This document shows positions 19,111 through 28,907 of a stretch of 29,337 nt of DNA, in pieces. The translations under genes were made by a program, and so were the position numbers. The stretch covers positions 35,607 to 64,943 of the forward strand of contig JARRRI010000024.1 of the NCBI GenBank assembly GCA_037380845.1, in the 5' to 3' direction. Within the stretch, counting starts at the first letter, position 1, and the number at the start of each line of letters is the position of its first letter. The DNA is from Candidatus Sulfobium sp. (GTDB lineage Bacteria > Nitrospirota > Thermodesulfovibrionia > Thermodesulfovibrionales > UBA6898). The notes under the pieces were generated by a model that had not been told where the DNA came from, made no database searches, and saw only the letters and a program-made list of their open reading frames with translations.

Positions 19111-20076
19111 ATGTCCAGTGGAGCTTACAATTTTTACAAAAGCAAGGATGTAACCGCGCAAAAGGTTAGGTTTAAAAATCAATACAACATGAAAGTTGTG
19201 GGGAATCTTTTCATTCCCACAGATTTAAATGAAAACACAAAATATCCCGCGATCATTGTCGGGCATCCTTTTGGCGCAGTAAAAGAACAAGCTGCGAATC
19301 TGTACGCCACAAAAATGGCTGAAAAGGGATTCGTTACCTTATCGTTCGATATGTCTTTCTGGGGTGAGAGTGAGGGGCAGCCTCGCAACGTTGTTGCGCC
19401 GGATATCAATACCGAGGATTTCAGTGCTGCGGTGGATTTCCTGGGCACTCGTCCGTTTGTTGACAGGGATCGGATTGGTGTTCTCGGGGTTTGTGCCAGT
19501 GGGGGCTTTGCCATCAGCGCAGCCAAGATCGACCTGCGCATGAAAGCCATTGCGACCGTCAACATGTACAATATGGGCGCTGTTACCCGTCACGGGCTCA
19601 GACATTCTTTGACTTTGGATCAGAGAAAACAGATCATCAAGGAGGCGGCAGAGCAACGCTATGTGGAGTTCGCCGGAGGTGAAACCAAATACACCGGCGG
19701 GACTGTGTATGAGCTGAAGGAAGACACTGACCCCATCCAGCGAGAGTTTTTCGACTTCTACCGCACGTCGCGAGGTGAATACACGCCTAAAGGAATGTCG
19801 CCAAAACTTACAACACACCCGACACTTAGCAGTAACGTTAGATTCATGAATTTTTACCCCTTTGTAGATATAGAAACGATTTCTCCCCGTCCTATGCTGT
19901 TCATCGCGGGTGAAAATGCGCATTCCATTGAGTTCAGCGAAGACGCTTACAAACTGGCGGCCCAACCGAAGGAGATCTATATCGTTCCGGGTGCCGGACA
20001 CGTCGATCTCTACGATCGGGTAGACCTTATTCCGTGGGACAAGATCACGCCTTTTTTCACCGCGCATCTGAAATGA
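19111..20076 (+). CDS. Alpha/beta hydrolase (YcjY-like, Cys nucleophile)
   Basis: 'GHPFGAVKEQ', 'WGESEGQPR', nucleophile elbow GVCASGG, 'PGAGHVDLYD'. Confidence 0.9.
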   Translation: MSSGAYNFYKSKDVTAQKVRFKNQYNMKVVGNLFIPTDLNENTKYPAIIVGHPFGAVKEQAANLYATKMAEKGFVTLSFDMSFWGESEGQPRNVVAPDINTEDFSAAVDFLGTRPFVDRDRIGVLGVCASGGFAISAAKIDLRMKAIATVNMYNMGAVTRHGLRHSLTLDQRKQIIKEAAEQRYVEFAGGETKYTGGTVYELKEDTDPIQREFFDFYRTSRGEYTPKGMSPKLTTHPTLSSNVRFMNFYPFVDIETISPRPMLFIAGENAHSIEFSEDAYKLAAQPKEIYIVPGAGHVDLYDRVDLIPWDKITPFFTAHLK

Positions 20077-20141
20077 GGCAATGGCGACCGCATTAAACAG
20101 CACGTATGACAGGCAGCTTGGGGGCATCTGGAAGGAGTAAC

Positions 20142-20283
20142 AATGAAAAACGTAAATTAGGATAAAGCGGTCCTTCGGAGGCGAAGAACGCGAAAAGCGA
20201 GGGATCTTGAACGCTAAACAGAAGAAAATCAGCGAATGGCTGGACATATCAGCGATGAACAGTACAAGACCGGAAAGAAATAG
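20142..20283 (+). pseudogene. Mosaic remnant: aldo/keto reductase start joined to a cupin-like C-terminus
   Basis: SD AAGGAG then ATGAAAAACGTAAATTAGGATAAAGCGG, which resembles the AKR start at 17663 (ATGGAAAAGCGTAAATTGGGAAACAGCGG). The end 'ISDEQYKTGKK*' resembles the cupin end 'VTDDQYLGK*' at 22304. Confidence 0.5.
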
Positions 20284-20310
20284 CTATTTGAAGAATTGAA
20301 GGAGGAAACA

Positions 20311-20538
20311 ATGCCTCATGTCATCGTAAAACTCTGGCCCGGAAAATCAGAAGAGCAGAAGATCCGACTCGCCGAACGAATTACCAATGACGTTACGGCC
20401 GTTCTCAATTACGGCGAAGAATCGGTTTCTGTTTCCATCGAAGAAATCAAATCAGAGGATTGGAAGGAGAAGGTTTATAAGCCAGACATACTTAACGCGC
20501 GGGGGAAGCTATACAAGAAACCTGGATATAAGATGTGA
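20311..20538 (+). CDS. 4-oxalocrotonate tautomerase family protein (PptA-like)
   Basis: SD AAGGAGG; N-terminal catalytic Pro in [17 protein letters not shown]; 'ESVSVSIEE'; 'KKPGY'. Confidence 0.9.
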   Translation: MPHVIVKLWPGKSEEQKIRLAERITNDVTAVLNYGEESVSVSIEEIKSEDWKEKVYKPDILNARGKLYKKPGYKM

Positions 20539-20551
20539 AAGGAGAGAAACC

Positions 20552-21564
20552 ATGAAAGGAGCTGTTCTCTATGGACCTCGCGACGTGCGATTTGAGGAGC
20601 GCGCCGATCCGAAAATCATCAACGCGACGGATGCAATTATCAGAATCGCGGCCGCCTCCATCTGCGGCTCTGACCTGTGGCTATACCGCGGCATAAGCCC
20701 TATCACCGAGCCGACCCCGATGGGGCATGAGTACTGCGGCATCGTCGAGGAGGTCGGCAACGAGGTCACTTCGATTAAGCGTGGTCAGTTCGTCATCGGG
20801 TCCTTTTTCGTTTCCGACAACACCTGTCCCAACTGCCGGGCCGGCTACCAGTCCTCTTGTGAGCAGCGCGAATTAGTAAAGGGGGCGCAGGCGCCTCTGC
20901 TGCGTATCCCGCTTGCGGACGGCACCCTGGTGGCCATCCCGGACGTTCCTTCGGACAACCTGATCCCGAGCCTGCTGACGCTCTCCGACGTCATGGGAAC
21001 CGGCTGGTTCGCTGCCGAGGCAGCCGACGTCAAGCCGGGCAAGACGGTCGTGGTTGTCGGTGACGGCGGGGTGGGCCTCCTCGGTGTGCTCTCCGCCAGG
21101 CTGATAGGAGCCGAACGGATAATAGCGATGAGCCGTCACGAGCCAAGGCAGAAGCTCGCCCGCGAGTTCGGAGCGACCGACATCGTAATCGAGCGCGGTG
21201 ACGAGGGCGTAGCCCGCATCAAGGAGTTGACCAATGGAATCGGCGCTGACTCGGTGCTTGAGTGCGTCGGCACACAAGAGGCCATGATGCAGGCAATCCG
21301 TTCCACCCGTCCCGGAGGATACATGGGCTATGTAGGCCTCCCTCACGGGGTTGATCTCAACGGCCAGGAGCTGTTCTACTCGCACGTCCACCTCCATGGC
21401 GGCCCTGCCCCGGTGCGCCGCTACCTGCCCGAACTGATCGACCTGGTGTTGAATGGGAAGATTGACCCCGGCAAGGTCTTCGACCTGACCCTGCCCCTCG
21501 ACCGGCTGAGGGCTACTGCGCTATGGATGAGCGCCGCGCGATCAAGACTCTGTTGCGACCGTAG
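20552..21564 (+). pseudogene. Zn-dependent alcohol dehydrogenase with a frameshift near the 3' end
   Basis: ICGSDL, GHEYCG, CPNC..G..SSC, GDGGVG. At about 21503 the expected tail AEGY.AMDERRAIKTLLRP* continues in another frame to TAG 21562-21564, while the open frame runs on to 21601. Confidence 0.8.
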
Positions 21565-21615
21565 GTCGAGAGATAGAATGCGTTTGCTGAAGGATAGATA
21601 GTGTGAGAGGATGAC

Positions 21616-21788
21616 ATGGCAAAAAAGGTATTGGTACTGTCTGCAAGCCCGAGAAAAGGCGGGAATTCCGATCTATTGTGCGACCAGTTCCTGCAAGGGG
21701 CAAAAGAAGCAGGCAGGCGCTTGGCAAAAGGAGACATCACGGGAAGTAATGCATGTCCCGGGCTTACGAGATGGGGAAGAACGTATAG
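21616..21788 (+). pseudogene. Flavodoxin-family gene with internal deletion and frameshifts
   Basis: MAKKVLVLSASPRKGGNSDLLCDQFLQGAKEAG is followed directly by C-terminal pieces in three frames: GAWQK / GDITGSNA / MSRAYEMGKNV* (TAG 21786-21788). Confidence 0.75.
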
Positions 21789-21803
21789 GGGAGGGAATTT
21801 CAA

Positions 21804-22304
21804 ATGAAGCGCATAACTATTCTCATCATTGCCTTTTTGTGTTTTTGCGGTACCCTGAAAGCAGAAGACAAAAACCACATACAAAATAAGGAGGAAACTA
21901 TGAAAATGGAGATAATGCCTAAAGGCACTCAGAAGTCCATCAAGGGGCCGGAAGACAAGTTTACCGGTGACGTCCAGATCGATATGCTATTTCCCTCCAA
22001 TGAAGTCGCTCACTACTCGGGCGCGTACGTTACATTTCAGCCCGGCGCCAGGACCGCATGGCATCTGCATCCTGCAGGGCAACATATGATCGTGACCTCC
22101 GGTGTAGGACTGACCGGGACGCGGGATGGGAAGATCGTCACAATGAATACCGGTGACACAGTCTGGTGTCCACCCGACATAGATCACTGGCATGGAGCAA
22201 CACCCGACTCACCAATGACACACCTGGTCGTCACAGGAGAACTCGATGGCAAGAACGTGGTCTGGAAGGAAAAGGTCACTGATGATCAATATTTGGGAAA
22301 ATAA
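21804..22304 (+). CDS. Cupin-domain protein
   Basis: 'FTGDV', 'VTFQPGARTAWHLHPAGQ', 'HWHGATPD..MTHL'. The N-terminus is signal-like; ATG 21900 with SD AAGGAGG is an alternative start. Confidence 0.9.
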   Translation: MKRITILIIAFLCFCGTLKAEDKNHIQNKEETMKMEIMPKGTQKSIKGPEDKFTGDVQIDMLFPSNEVAHYSGAYVTFQPGARTAWHLHPAGQHMIVTSGVGLTGTRDGKIVTMNTGDTVWCPPDIDHWHGATPDSPMTHLVVTGELDGKNVVWKEKVTDDQYLGK

Positions 22305-22314
22305 TAAGAGGACA

Positions 22315-23049
22315 GTGAAAGCGAATATGCTTTCACTTCTGGTCATGTTCTCTTTTCTGGTGCCGGCTCTGGCACTTGTTTCGGAGGCAAATAATATGGA
22401 ACAACATCAAGCATTGGACAGGAGACAGCGAAGCATCATCCCCATTGCGGCCTTCACCTCCAACGGCGATCTGCAAAACCTGAAAGCGGCCCTGAACGAA
22501 GGGCTGGATGCCGGATTGACGCTAAACGAAGTAAAGGAAATTCTCATCCAGATGTACGCGTATGCCGGATTCCCACGCAGTCTGAACGGCATCCAGACGT
22601 TTATGACCGTCATGGAGGAGAGAAAGGCCAAGGGCATCAAGGACGAAGTGGGACGCGAACCGAGTCCTTTGCCTCCCGACACGGACAAAGATGCATACGG
22701 CGCAAAAGTGCGGGCAGAACTTGCCGGTCAAAAAAAGATACCGCCTCCAAGCGGGTATCAACTTTTCGCACCCGGAATCGACACGTTTCTGAAAGAGCAT
22801 CTTTTTGCCGACATTTTTGCCCGCGATGTCCTGGACCACCGGAGCAGAGAACTGGCCACCATCGCAGCCCTTGCCGGCATGACCGGCACAGAGGGACAGC
22901 TCCGGTTCCATCTTGGTGCGTCGATGAATGTTGGATTGACCGAGGGTCAGTTGAAGGACTTTATATCCGTACTCGAAAGCAGGGTCAGCAGGGAGAAAGC
23001 CGAGAAGGCCGGAGAAGTTCTCTCTGCCGTCCTGGCCGACAGGAAGTAG
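22315..23049 (+). CDS. Carboxymuconolactone decarboxylase (CMD/AhpD) family protein, two domains
   Basis: 'EVKEILIQMYAYAGFPRSLN', 'EHLFADIFAR..L..RELATIAALA', 'QLRFH'. Start is GTG 22315 or ATG 22396. Confidence 0.88.
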   Translation: MKANMLSLLVMFSFLVPALALVSEANNMEQHQALDRRQRSIIPIAAFTSNGDLQNLKAALNEGLDAGLTLNEVKEILIQMYAYAGFPRSLNGIQTFMTVMEERKAKGIKDEVGREPSPLPPDTDKDAYGAKVRAELAGQKKIPPPSGYQLFAPGIDTFLKEHLFADIFARDVLDHRSRELATIAALAGMTGTEGQLRFHLGASMNVGLTEGQLKDFISVLESRVSREKAEKAGEVLSAVLADRK

Positions 23050-23094
23050 GAACATGTCGACGGGATGGAAAACTCACACAAAAAGAGATCAGCC

Positions 23095-23277
23095 ATGAAA
23101 GCCGCCGTCTACCAGGGAGCACACAAACTCGCAATCGAAAGCGCGCCGGACCCGAAAATCGAAGAGTTATGGCACGCCGGCGTGGATTTGGTCCGTGGTA
23201 GCCGTGGTGATGCTGGTTGCGACCTACGCGGCATGGTCCACCACAAGCTGGTCAGCTACCATTATCAGGGCCTATGA
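23095..23277 (+). pseudogene. N-terminal fragment of a Zn-dependent dehydrogenase fused to unrelated sequence
   Basis: MKAAVYQGAHKLAIESAPDPKIEE is a typical MDR start; similarity is lost after about 24 codons. Confidence 0.6.
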
Positions 23278-23358
23278 GTCCGGGACCCGCTGGCTGGTCC
23301 TATCTGTGATGAACGGTCGTCCTGTGGTCGCTCGCCTTATCCATAAAAAGCGATTAAA

Positions 23359-24117
23359 TCACTGGCGTTCCTGTAATTTTCGCCAGGCATGCATCTGCAG
23401 AAAACTGCCTTCCACGCTGGCCTCCATTTCCTGAAACATCCTGAATGGAACGGTGAACGTCAAGATCTCCCTGTCAACAACCGAACGCTTTGAAATATCA
23501 AAAAAGCCTATCACGCCCCGGGGATTTTCCTTCTTTGCTTCTGCATAGCCAAAGAGTATTGATTGACATGCCGCGCCGAAAGGCGCTGTAACACTCTGAT
23601 TGGTCCCACGATTGTAATCCGCCATCACCACCAGGGCCGACAACTGATCCGCATTTGCAAAAAAGACAATCAAATCGGGTTCGTCCTGTTCCGTGACCTG
23701 TTCCCAGGGTTTAAACACCACATACTCGGTGGGGACGTCGGTCATAGATAGCGAATCAACCCATTTTCTTGCCAGTTCAGGATTCTTATAAAATCGTTCA
23801 CCCTCCGCCATTGAAGACATTCCGCGGCCCATTTGGGCGGCCATCTCCTTATTTCCCGTGGAAAGAAGGCAATCAATGGGAAATTTCCCGTATCTATCGC
23901 CAAATCCGAGACCGGTTCCACCTCCGGGGCAACCGAAAGATTTACGGTCAAAATAGGCCATACGACTTTTCTTGCTCGCCGTCACCAGAAAGACAGCCAC
24001 ACACCCACCCATACTTCCTTCTTTAAAGTGAAGTCCATCCTCTGGTTTATCGTCAGTCAATATTATCGCCACCGGTTGCATTTTTAATTTCAAAGCTTTA
24101 AGAAGTTGACTATTCAT
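23359..24117 (-). CDS. DUF169-family protein
   Basis: SD AGGAGG; 'LKLKMQPVAI', 'FGCPGG..GLGF', 'PDLIVFFANADQLSAL', 'PFGAACQSI', 'LTFTVP'. Confidence 0.8.
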   Translation of the reverse strand: MNSQLLKALKLKMQPVAIILTDDKPEDGLHFKEGSMGGCVAVFLVTASKKSRMAYFDRKSFGCPGGGTGLGFGDRYGKFPIDCLLSTGNKEMAAQMGRGMSSMAEGERFYKNPELARKWVDSLSMTDVPTEYVVFKPWEQVTEQDEPDLIVFFANADQLSALVVMADYNRGTNQSVTAPFGAACQSILFGYAEAKKENPRGVIGFFDISKRSVVDREILTFTVPFRMFQEMEASVEGSFLQMHAWRKLQERQ

Positions 24118-24328
24118 ATGACAAGCACCTCCTTTTTGAAGTGACTCAATTTAAAGCTGCCATCTGAAGAACCATGTAAAAAGAAAAAAGGGGACGGTTC
24201 TTCTTATCTTCAATATGTAGTCCAGTCTGGGTATCCCGCTCATTCCGCGGAGTTCAAGCGGAAACCACTGCAAGCGTTGCGCCCTGCGCGTATGGTCGGA
24301 GCGGGGTCCAGGACTTCGCGGTCCAAAT

Positions 24329-25237
24329 CTACATGGTACAAAGGCCGGTTGCCGAATCGCAAGCCATAGCAGTAACTTTGTGTGAAATAAGGTAGCCATT
24401 GCCCGCTTCACGCTTCTGAATCAGCTGCTTATCCAACAGTGAGTTAATTACTGACTTCAGTTCGTCATTCGTAAGGTCGAATGTCATTTGGATTTCAATC
24501 GGCGCCACGGAACCATACTTCGTTATAAACGCCATAATGGACTTTTCATTGGCCGAGACTGGATGTTCCTCTATTTCTCCGCCGGTCAAATGCCCAATCA
24601 ACGCCTTGAAATCTTCATACCGTTTGTACCCGCGAATCACCGTTTCCTTCTCGCCATATTTCACCAAAAATGAAGGAAAACCACGTGCCCCATATTCTGC
24701 CGTGGTAGCAAGGTCCTGCTCAAAGGCTCTTTGTGCCGAACCATGAGTAAAGTCATCAAGGAAGCGGGCAATATCGAGCCCTACTTCTGATGCCAATTCC
24801 AGGAGCACTTCGGTTGTGTTCGTTTGCCTCGCCTCGGCTGCCGACGCTTCCCGGATACGCCGAAGGAATTTATTTGCGAGCGTCGGGTCCTGCATCTGTG
24901 CGGCTTTATAGGCGATGTTTTGTGGGTATGTGGAAGGATGTTCCCTGGAAAACAGTTTAAATCCCTCGCTTTTTACCGGCATTCCATGACGTTCGGATGC
25001 TTCTACCCAATGCCTGCAGATATTTTTATTCGAGCGGTCAGGGTCGCCACCTATATCGTTATAGCTGTCGCAAAATGAGGTGATGTCTTTGACCAACCCG
25101 CCCATGATATAGCTGATTTTGACCTGCTCACCGAACCGCGTTTCCAACTTTCGCAGAACAGGTTCACTGCCCCAGCACCAGGTACAAACCGGGTCGGTAA
25201 ATTCTATAATTTCGACAATTTTCTTTTGCGTATTCAT
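24329..25237 (-). CDS. DsbA/FrnE/YjbH-like thioredoxin-fold protein
   Basis: 'FTDPVCTWCWGSEP', 'MGGL', cis-Pro 'RGFPSF'; winged-helix-like tail and C-terminal 'ACDSATGLC'. Confidence 0.85.
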   Translation of the reverse strand: MNTQKKIVEIIEFTDPVCTWCWGSEPVLRKLETRFGEQVKISYIMGGLVKDITSFCDSYNDIGGDPDRSNKNICRHWVEASERHGMPVKSEGFKLFSREHPSTYPQNIAYKAAQMQDPTLANKFLRRIREASAAEARQTNTTEVLLELASEVGLDIARFLDDFTHGSAQRAFEQDLATTAEYGARGFPSFLVKYGEKETVIRGYKRYEDFKALIGHLTGGEIEEHPVSANEKSIMAFITKYGSVAPIEIQMTFDLTNDELKSVINSLLDKQLIQKREAGNGYLISHKVTAMACDSATGLCTM

Positions 25238-25466
25238 TATTAATTAATTGCACTCGTACGAACTAACTTTTCAAAGCGATCCTTGCCCGTGGTCTCGATC
25301 AGGCGACCCTCCTCTCTTTACATATTTCTACCAGCATAATCGTAGTTAAGCAACTGCAAAAATGGCGTATCAGGCATTAATCACGCCAGCGACGTCCTCA
25401 TAGTATCTCTCACCTCGAATAGAGCTAAGAATACTGCGGAGTATACGAGTTCACCCTTTGGTCGAT

Positions 25467-26102
25467 TCAGGCAGGATAGAAGACCCGCCGTCGGGCCACG
25501 AGCACCCAAGCCCTGGCTTGTCTGTGACCTTCTCGATCAAAAGTGGTCGATCTCAGCTCGAGGATCTCGAAATGCGGCTCTACGGCCGTGACGATCTCGG
25601 TGGCGCTGTGCCTCGGCGGTCCGGTGTCACGCGGCGGACCATCGGTGGAGCCGATAAGGCTGTACCAGATCCCTTCGCGGGTGAGCAGGTCCGCGACCCG
25701 CCAGGCAAAACGCGAGAGTTCTTCTCCGCCTTCGAAGACATGAAGACAACCACGATCATAGACGAAATCGAAAGGAGCGCCGGGGACCTGATCGACCAGG
25801 AAATCGCCGACGAGGAACTGGCAGCTGACCCCGGCGGAGACGACCTTCGCCTTGGCCTTGGCTATCGCAGTTGGCGAGATGTCCATCCCTGTCACCTCAA
25901 AGCCATGCTGCGCCAGCCAGATCGAATTGGTGCCGGTGCCGCAGCCGATCTCCAACGCTTTACCAGATTTGACGCTATACGCCTCGATCACCCCGGGCAG
26001 ATGTACGTCAGGTTTACCACTATCCCAGGGCAGGTTGCCTTCGGTGTAACGTTTATCCCAGCTTGCGCGGTCCCTTGGACGCCTTTTTTCTTCTTCTTTC
26101 AT
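25467..26102 (-). CDS. Class I SAM-dependent methyltransferase (TPMT/thiol-MT-like)
   Basis: ATG 26102 after SD GAGGAGG; 'WDKRY..GNLPWD', 'LEIGCGTG', 'GMDISPTAI', 'FDFVYDRGCLH'. Confidence 0.88.
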   Translation of the reverse strand: MKEEEKRRPRDRASWDKRYTEGNLPWDSGKPDVHLPGVIEAYSVKSGKALEIGCGTGTNSIWLAQHGFEVTGMDISPTAIAKAKAKVVSAGVSCQFLVGDFLVDQVPGAPFDFVYDRGCLHVFEGGEELSRFAWRVADLLTREGIWYSLIGSTDGPPRDTGPPRHSATEIVTAVEPHFEILELRSTTFDREGHRQARAWVLVARRRVFYPA

Positions 26103-26994
26103 ATGAGGTGCCTCCTCAATTGCAGACACCGGCTCCTCCGACGCGGTGATAAACACTTTCACATAGCTGTCAGCTCCCGGCGAAGAAGAGATGGGTTGCC
26201 CTTCCGCCTCCTTCCCTCAATCACCGGCCGTCCATTCGAGGCTCCAGGCTGAAACGCCAGATAGCTGAAGATATTATACCCGACAGTGTGCTGTGGATTG
26301 CCAAAAGTTCAGGGAAAGAGCGTTATCGGATAAGATATGATTAATGACGGAGCACCGGGAGATCAATATGGTGATGCTTGCGATCAGCCTCGCCCCGGAT
26401 GGATTCCTGGTACTTTAGCATGCAGTTTCGCAGTATGTTGCGTTTTTCCTCATACCTTTATCTGTATCATGGGGAGCTTGCTTTCTCACAGAAACGAACG
26501 GGAGTTTCCATTGCCGATAACTGTTAAGTTCGCGGCGTTGCTTGGAAAGACCTGTTGCTTTCGGTGCATGATCATGCCCCATGAGAATCTTTTAAAGCTC
26601 ACTTTCTTCGGTGCGAAATGCCGGGAGAAAGTTTCACCCGCAGACCACTCAAGATGACTGATCACGATTTTCATCGACTCGTGTTGTTAACACCGACGCG
26701 CCCGTAGTTTCACAACGCCGAAACTGTTGAGGATTTACGGAAGAAACTGGCAGTTATAACGGCCGCTCCAATGCCGGATTAGGTCGCATTTTTAGCCACG
26801 AAAGGCGCAGACATTTCTTGGCAATGCAGACGTTGCATAAGTGGCACGAACATATCGAGTCGACCCGGAACGTTGTTATGCAAGCATCACTCACCTCTCT
26901 GCATCGGACTTGTTTGCTTTCCTATCGACCGCTGTTAGCCAAGAGCTTTTCCTCTTCGGCTAGGAATAACGGACGAACTGGCATAAGAGCGGAA

Positions 26995-27267
26995 TCAATG
27001 CTTTTTCCCTTGCTGATCCCGAAGCAATGCGTTCTGCTCCCGCAACATGTCGATGATTTCCTCGTTCTGTTTGTGCAATTGTGGCAGGATGGTCATGATT
27101 AGTTTCGGCGGTGACTCCTCGGGAAGACCGGCTAACATATGTTCCATCCGGTGAGCCATTCGACGGCTGACACCAGCACCGATGCGATGTCTCCGGTCTG
27201 GCGAAAGCACCAGCCAGGTGGCTACACTAGCGAGCACGACGGTCCCGAGGGCAATTGATCTGTTCAT
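26995..27267 (-). CDS. Small hypothetical protein with N-terminal membrane anchor and coiled-coil tail
   Basis: SD AAGGAGG before ATG 27267; hydrophobic 'IALGTVVLASVATWLVL'; heptad-like 'LHKQNEEIIDMLREQNALL'. Confidence 0.65.
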   Translation of the reverse strand: MNRSIALGTVVLASVATWLVLSPDRRHRIGAGVSRRMAHRMEHMLAGLPEESPPKLIMTILPQLHKQNEEIIDMLREQNALLRDQQGKKH

Positions 27268-28270
27268 AAGTCCTCCTTTTTGAGAGCGAAAAACCAGTGC
27301 GGGAGGCAACCCGCTGAATAATCTCAGCTTTTTCCCGTCGGGTGAGGTGATGTCGGTTTTTCATCGGATCGCACCCGTTCGATTCGATCTTTACGATAAC
27401 ATGCTCGTACATCGTAATGATAAGCTCCAGGATAAATCTACTGTCGCTGTCAAGAAACCGATATATTGGCACTGCCAAGGCTCGGCCCTGGGCAAGGTGC
27501 CATCGCGCTCGCCGCAGCAAGTCTTTTACCAGGTAGCAGGTTCCGGGGCTCGCCTGACGGTTCAACACCTCGCTTTTCAGCATCTCAGGACTTACACCGT
27601 ACGCGAGCATGTCTTCACGGGTTAAGCAGAGTCTTGTCTCTGTATTCGTGATATCCGTAGCAAGGTCCCGGATTATGTGCCCCAGATACGCGAATAGTCC
27701 GAGATGGCGACCACAGGCATACAAATCGAATCCTCGCGGAAATTCGCATGAGTTCTTCGTTTCATAGCGGCGCGCCACAATCAACAACAGGTAAATCGTG
27801 GTGGGTGCCACGGTCGCTCCTTCAGCATAAGCCAGGAAATCAGACCAGCGAACAAGCTCGCTGGCCACGATATCCGAGCGCATGGCTGCAAAGAAATTTG
27901 TCCAGAGCTTAATCGGAACGGGGAAAATGCGATACGAAGTGATGAAGGATTCGCAAACAGCCTTGGCTTCGGGAAAATTGCAAGATGCAAGCAGGGAGGT
28001 CGTTGGATAGATGCCATGGCAACTGGATCTGACCACTCGCTCCCATGAAGCCACAACACCCAGTTCACGTTTCCTCAGCTCGGCACAACGACTACCTGTC
28101 GAAGGGAGATTATCTATGCGGTCATCTACTACTCGCATGATGGCATAATAGGCGCAGAACGCCATATACTTGATGGGATCCCTGAAGAAGGAACTCGTGA
28201 TGTAGAGATTGTTGCGGTCCTTGGAGGCGATCTCCTCAGTCACTTCATGTGCTCGAGTTTGCATCTTCAC
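27227..28270 (-). CDS. Squalene/phytoene synthase family protein
   Basis: 'AYYAIMRVVDDRID' (DDxxD), 'FFAAMRSD', 'WSDFLAYAEGAT', second motif 'LGHIIRDLATD'. Confidence 0.85.
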   Translation of the reverse strand: MKMQTRAHEVTEEIASKDRNNLYITSSFFRDPIKYMAFCAYYAIMRVVDDRIDNLPSTGSRCAELRKRELGVVASWERVVRSSCHGIYPTTSLLASCNFPEAKAVCESFITSYRIFPVPIKLWTNFFAAMRSDIVASELVRWSDFLAYAEGATVAPTTIYLLLIVARRYETKNSCEFPRGFDLYACGRHLGLFAYLGHIIRDLATDITNTETRLCLTREDMLAYGVSPEMLKSEVLNRQASPGTCYLVKDLLRRARWHLAQGRALAVPIYRFLDSDSRFILELIITMYEHVIVKIESNGCDPMKNRHHLTRREKAEIIQRVASRTGFSLSKRRTYEQINCPRDRRAR

Positions 28271-28293
28271 CCGTTCCTTAAAAATAGTTAGCC

Positions 28294-28325
28294 ATCTAAC
28301 ACAGAAACCGGCGATGCCGTTAGAT
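28294..28325. repeat. Short attC-like inverted repeat
   Basis: ATCTAAC...GTTAGAT matches RYYYAAC/GTTRRRY perfectly and lies between two co-oriented genes, but at 32 bp it is too short for an intact attC. Confidence 0.35.
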
Positions 28326-28358
28326 TGTTTTGTTTATTTAGTTTATAAATTAGTGGCT

Positions 28359-28907
28359 TTATTCCTTATTCTCTAGATGTTCGTATTGAGATTCATGAGT
28401 GAAGTGCTCACAGTTTCGATCACAAGCATGGACTATTTTGCTCCCTTCGAAGGATATATTAAAAGGAAAATGGAGCTTTGGTTTTGTATTCATAATGCCC
28501 GCGACTTTCGTGCCTTCAATCATTGTGCAATCGACTCCTTGCAGTGAATCACGTATTGTTTTGAATGCAGAATCGCATCCTAAAACTATCACAGCTTCAT
28601 ATTGTCTTGCAGATTCTTGAAATTTGCCGCGTTGCCGCGAGGTCCACAGGCAAAGAAAAAATTGCTGGATAATACCGGCCCTAAACCATCTTGTTTTTAG
28701 GCCTTTTTCTCCTAGCTGAGATTGCAATCTCTTGATGTGTCTTTTAAGCGGTGGTGATTTTAACAAACTTCCAAAGGGCTGAAGGAAAGGTTTGTTTTCT
28801 TTCATTGCAAAACTTGCCCCAGCACACATATTGCAGGCAACAATCAATGCAGAACTTAACCCGTCAACTTCAGAAACTATATCTGTGTCATCAAGATGTA
28901 TCGGCAT
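28359..28907 (-). CDS. Hypothetical Cys-containing protein resembling the N-terminal domain of MetV
   Basis: SD GGAGG; 'LIVACNMCAG' and 'YEAVIVLGCDSA' recall MetV 'IVGCxxC' and 'DAVL.LACG'. The MetV C-terminal Cys cluster is absent. Confidence 0.55.
   Translation of the reverse strand: MPIHLDDTDIVSEVDGLSSALIVACNMCAGASFAMKENKPFLQPFGSLLKSPPLKRHIKRLQSQLGEKGLKTRWFRAGIIQQFFLCLWTSRQRGKFQESARQYEAVIVLGCDSAFKTIRDSLQGVDCTMIEGTKVAGIMNTKPKLHFPFNISFEGSKIVHACDRNCEHFTHESQYEHLENKE

Noticed and set aside
20387..20551. Upstream extension of the Zn-ADH ORF
   Set aside because: It overlaps the tautomerase; the SD and family start MKGAVLYGP indicate ATG 20552.
26337..26990. Short ORFs on both strands
   Set aside because: No clear SD or motifs; probably degraded sequence.
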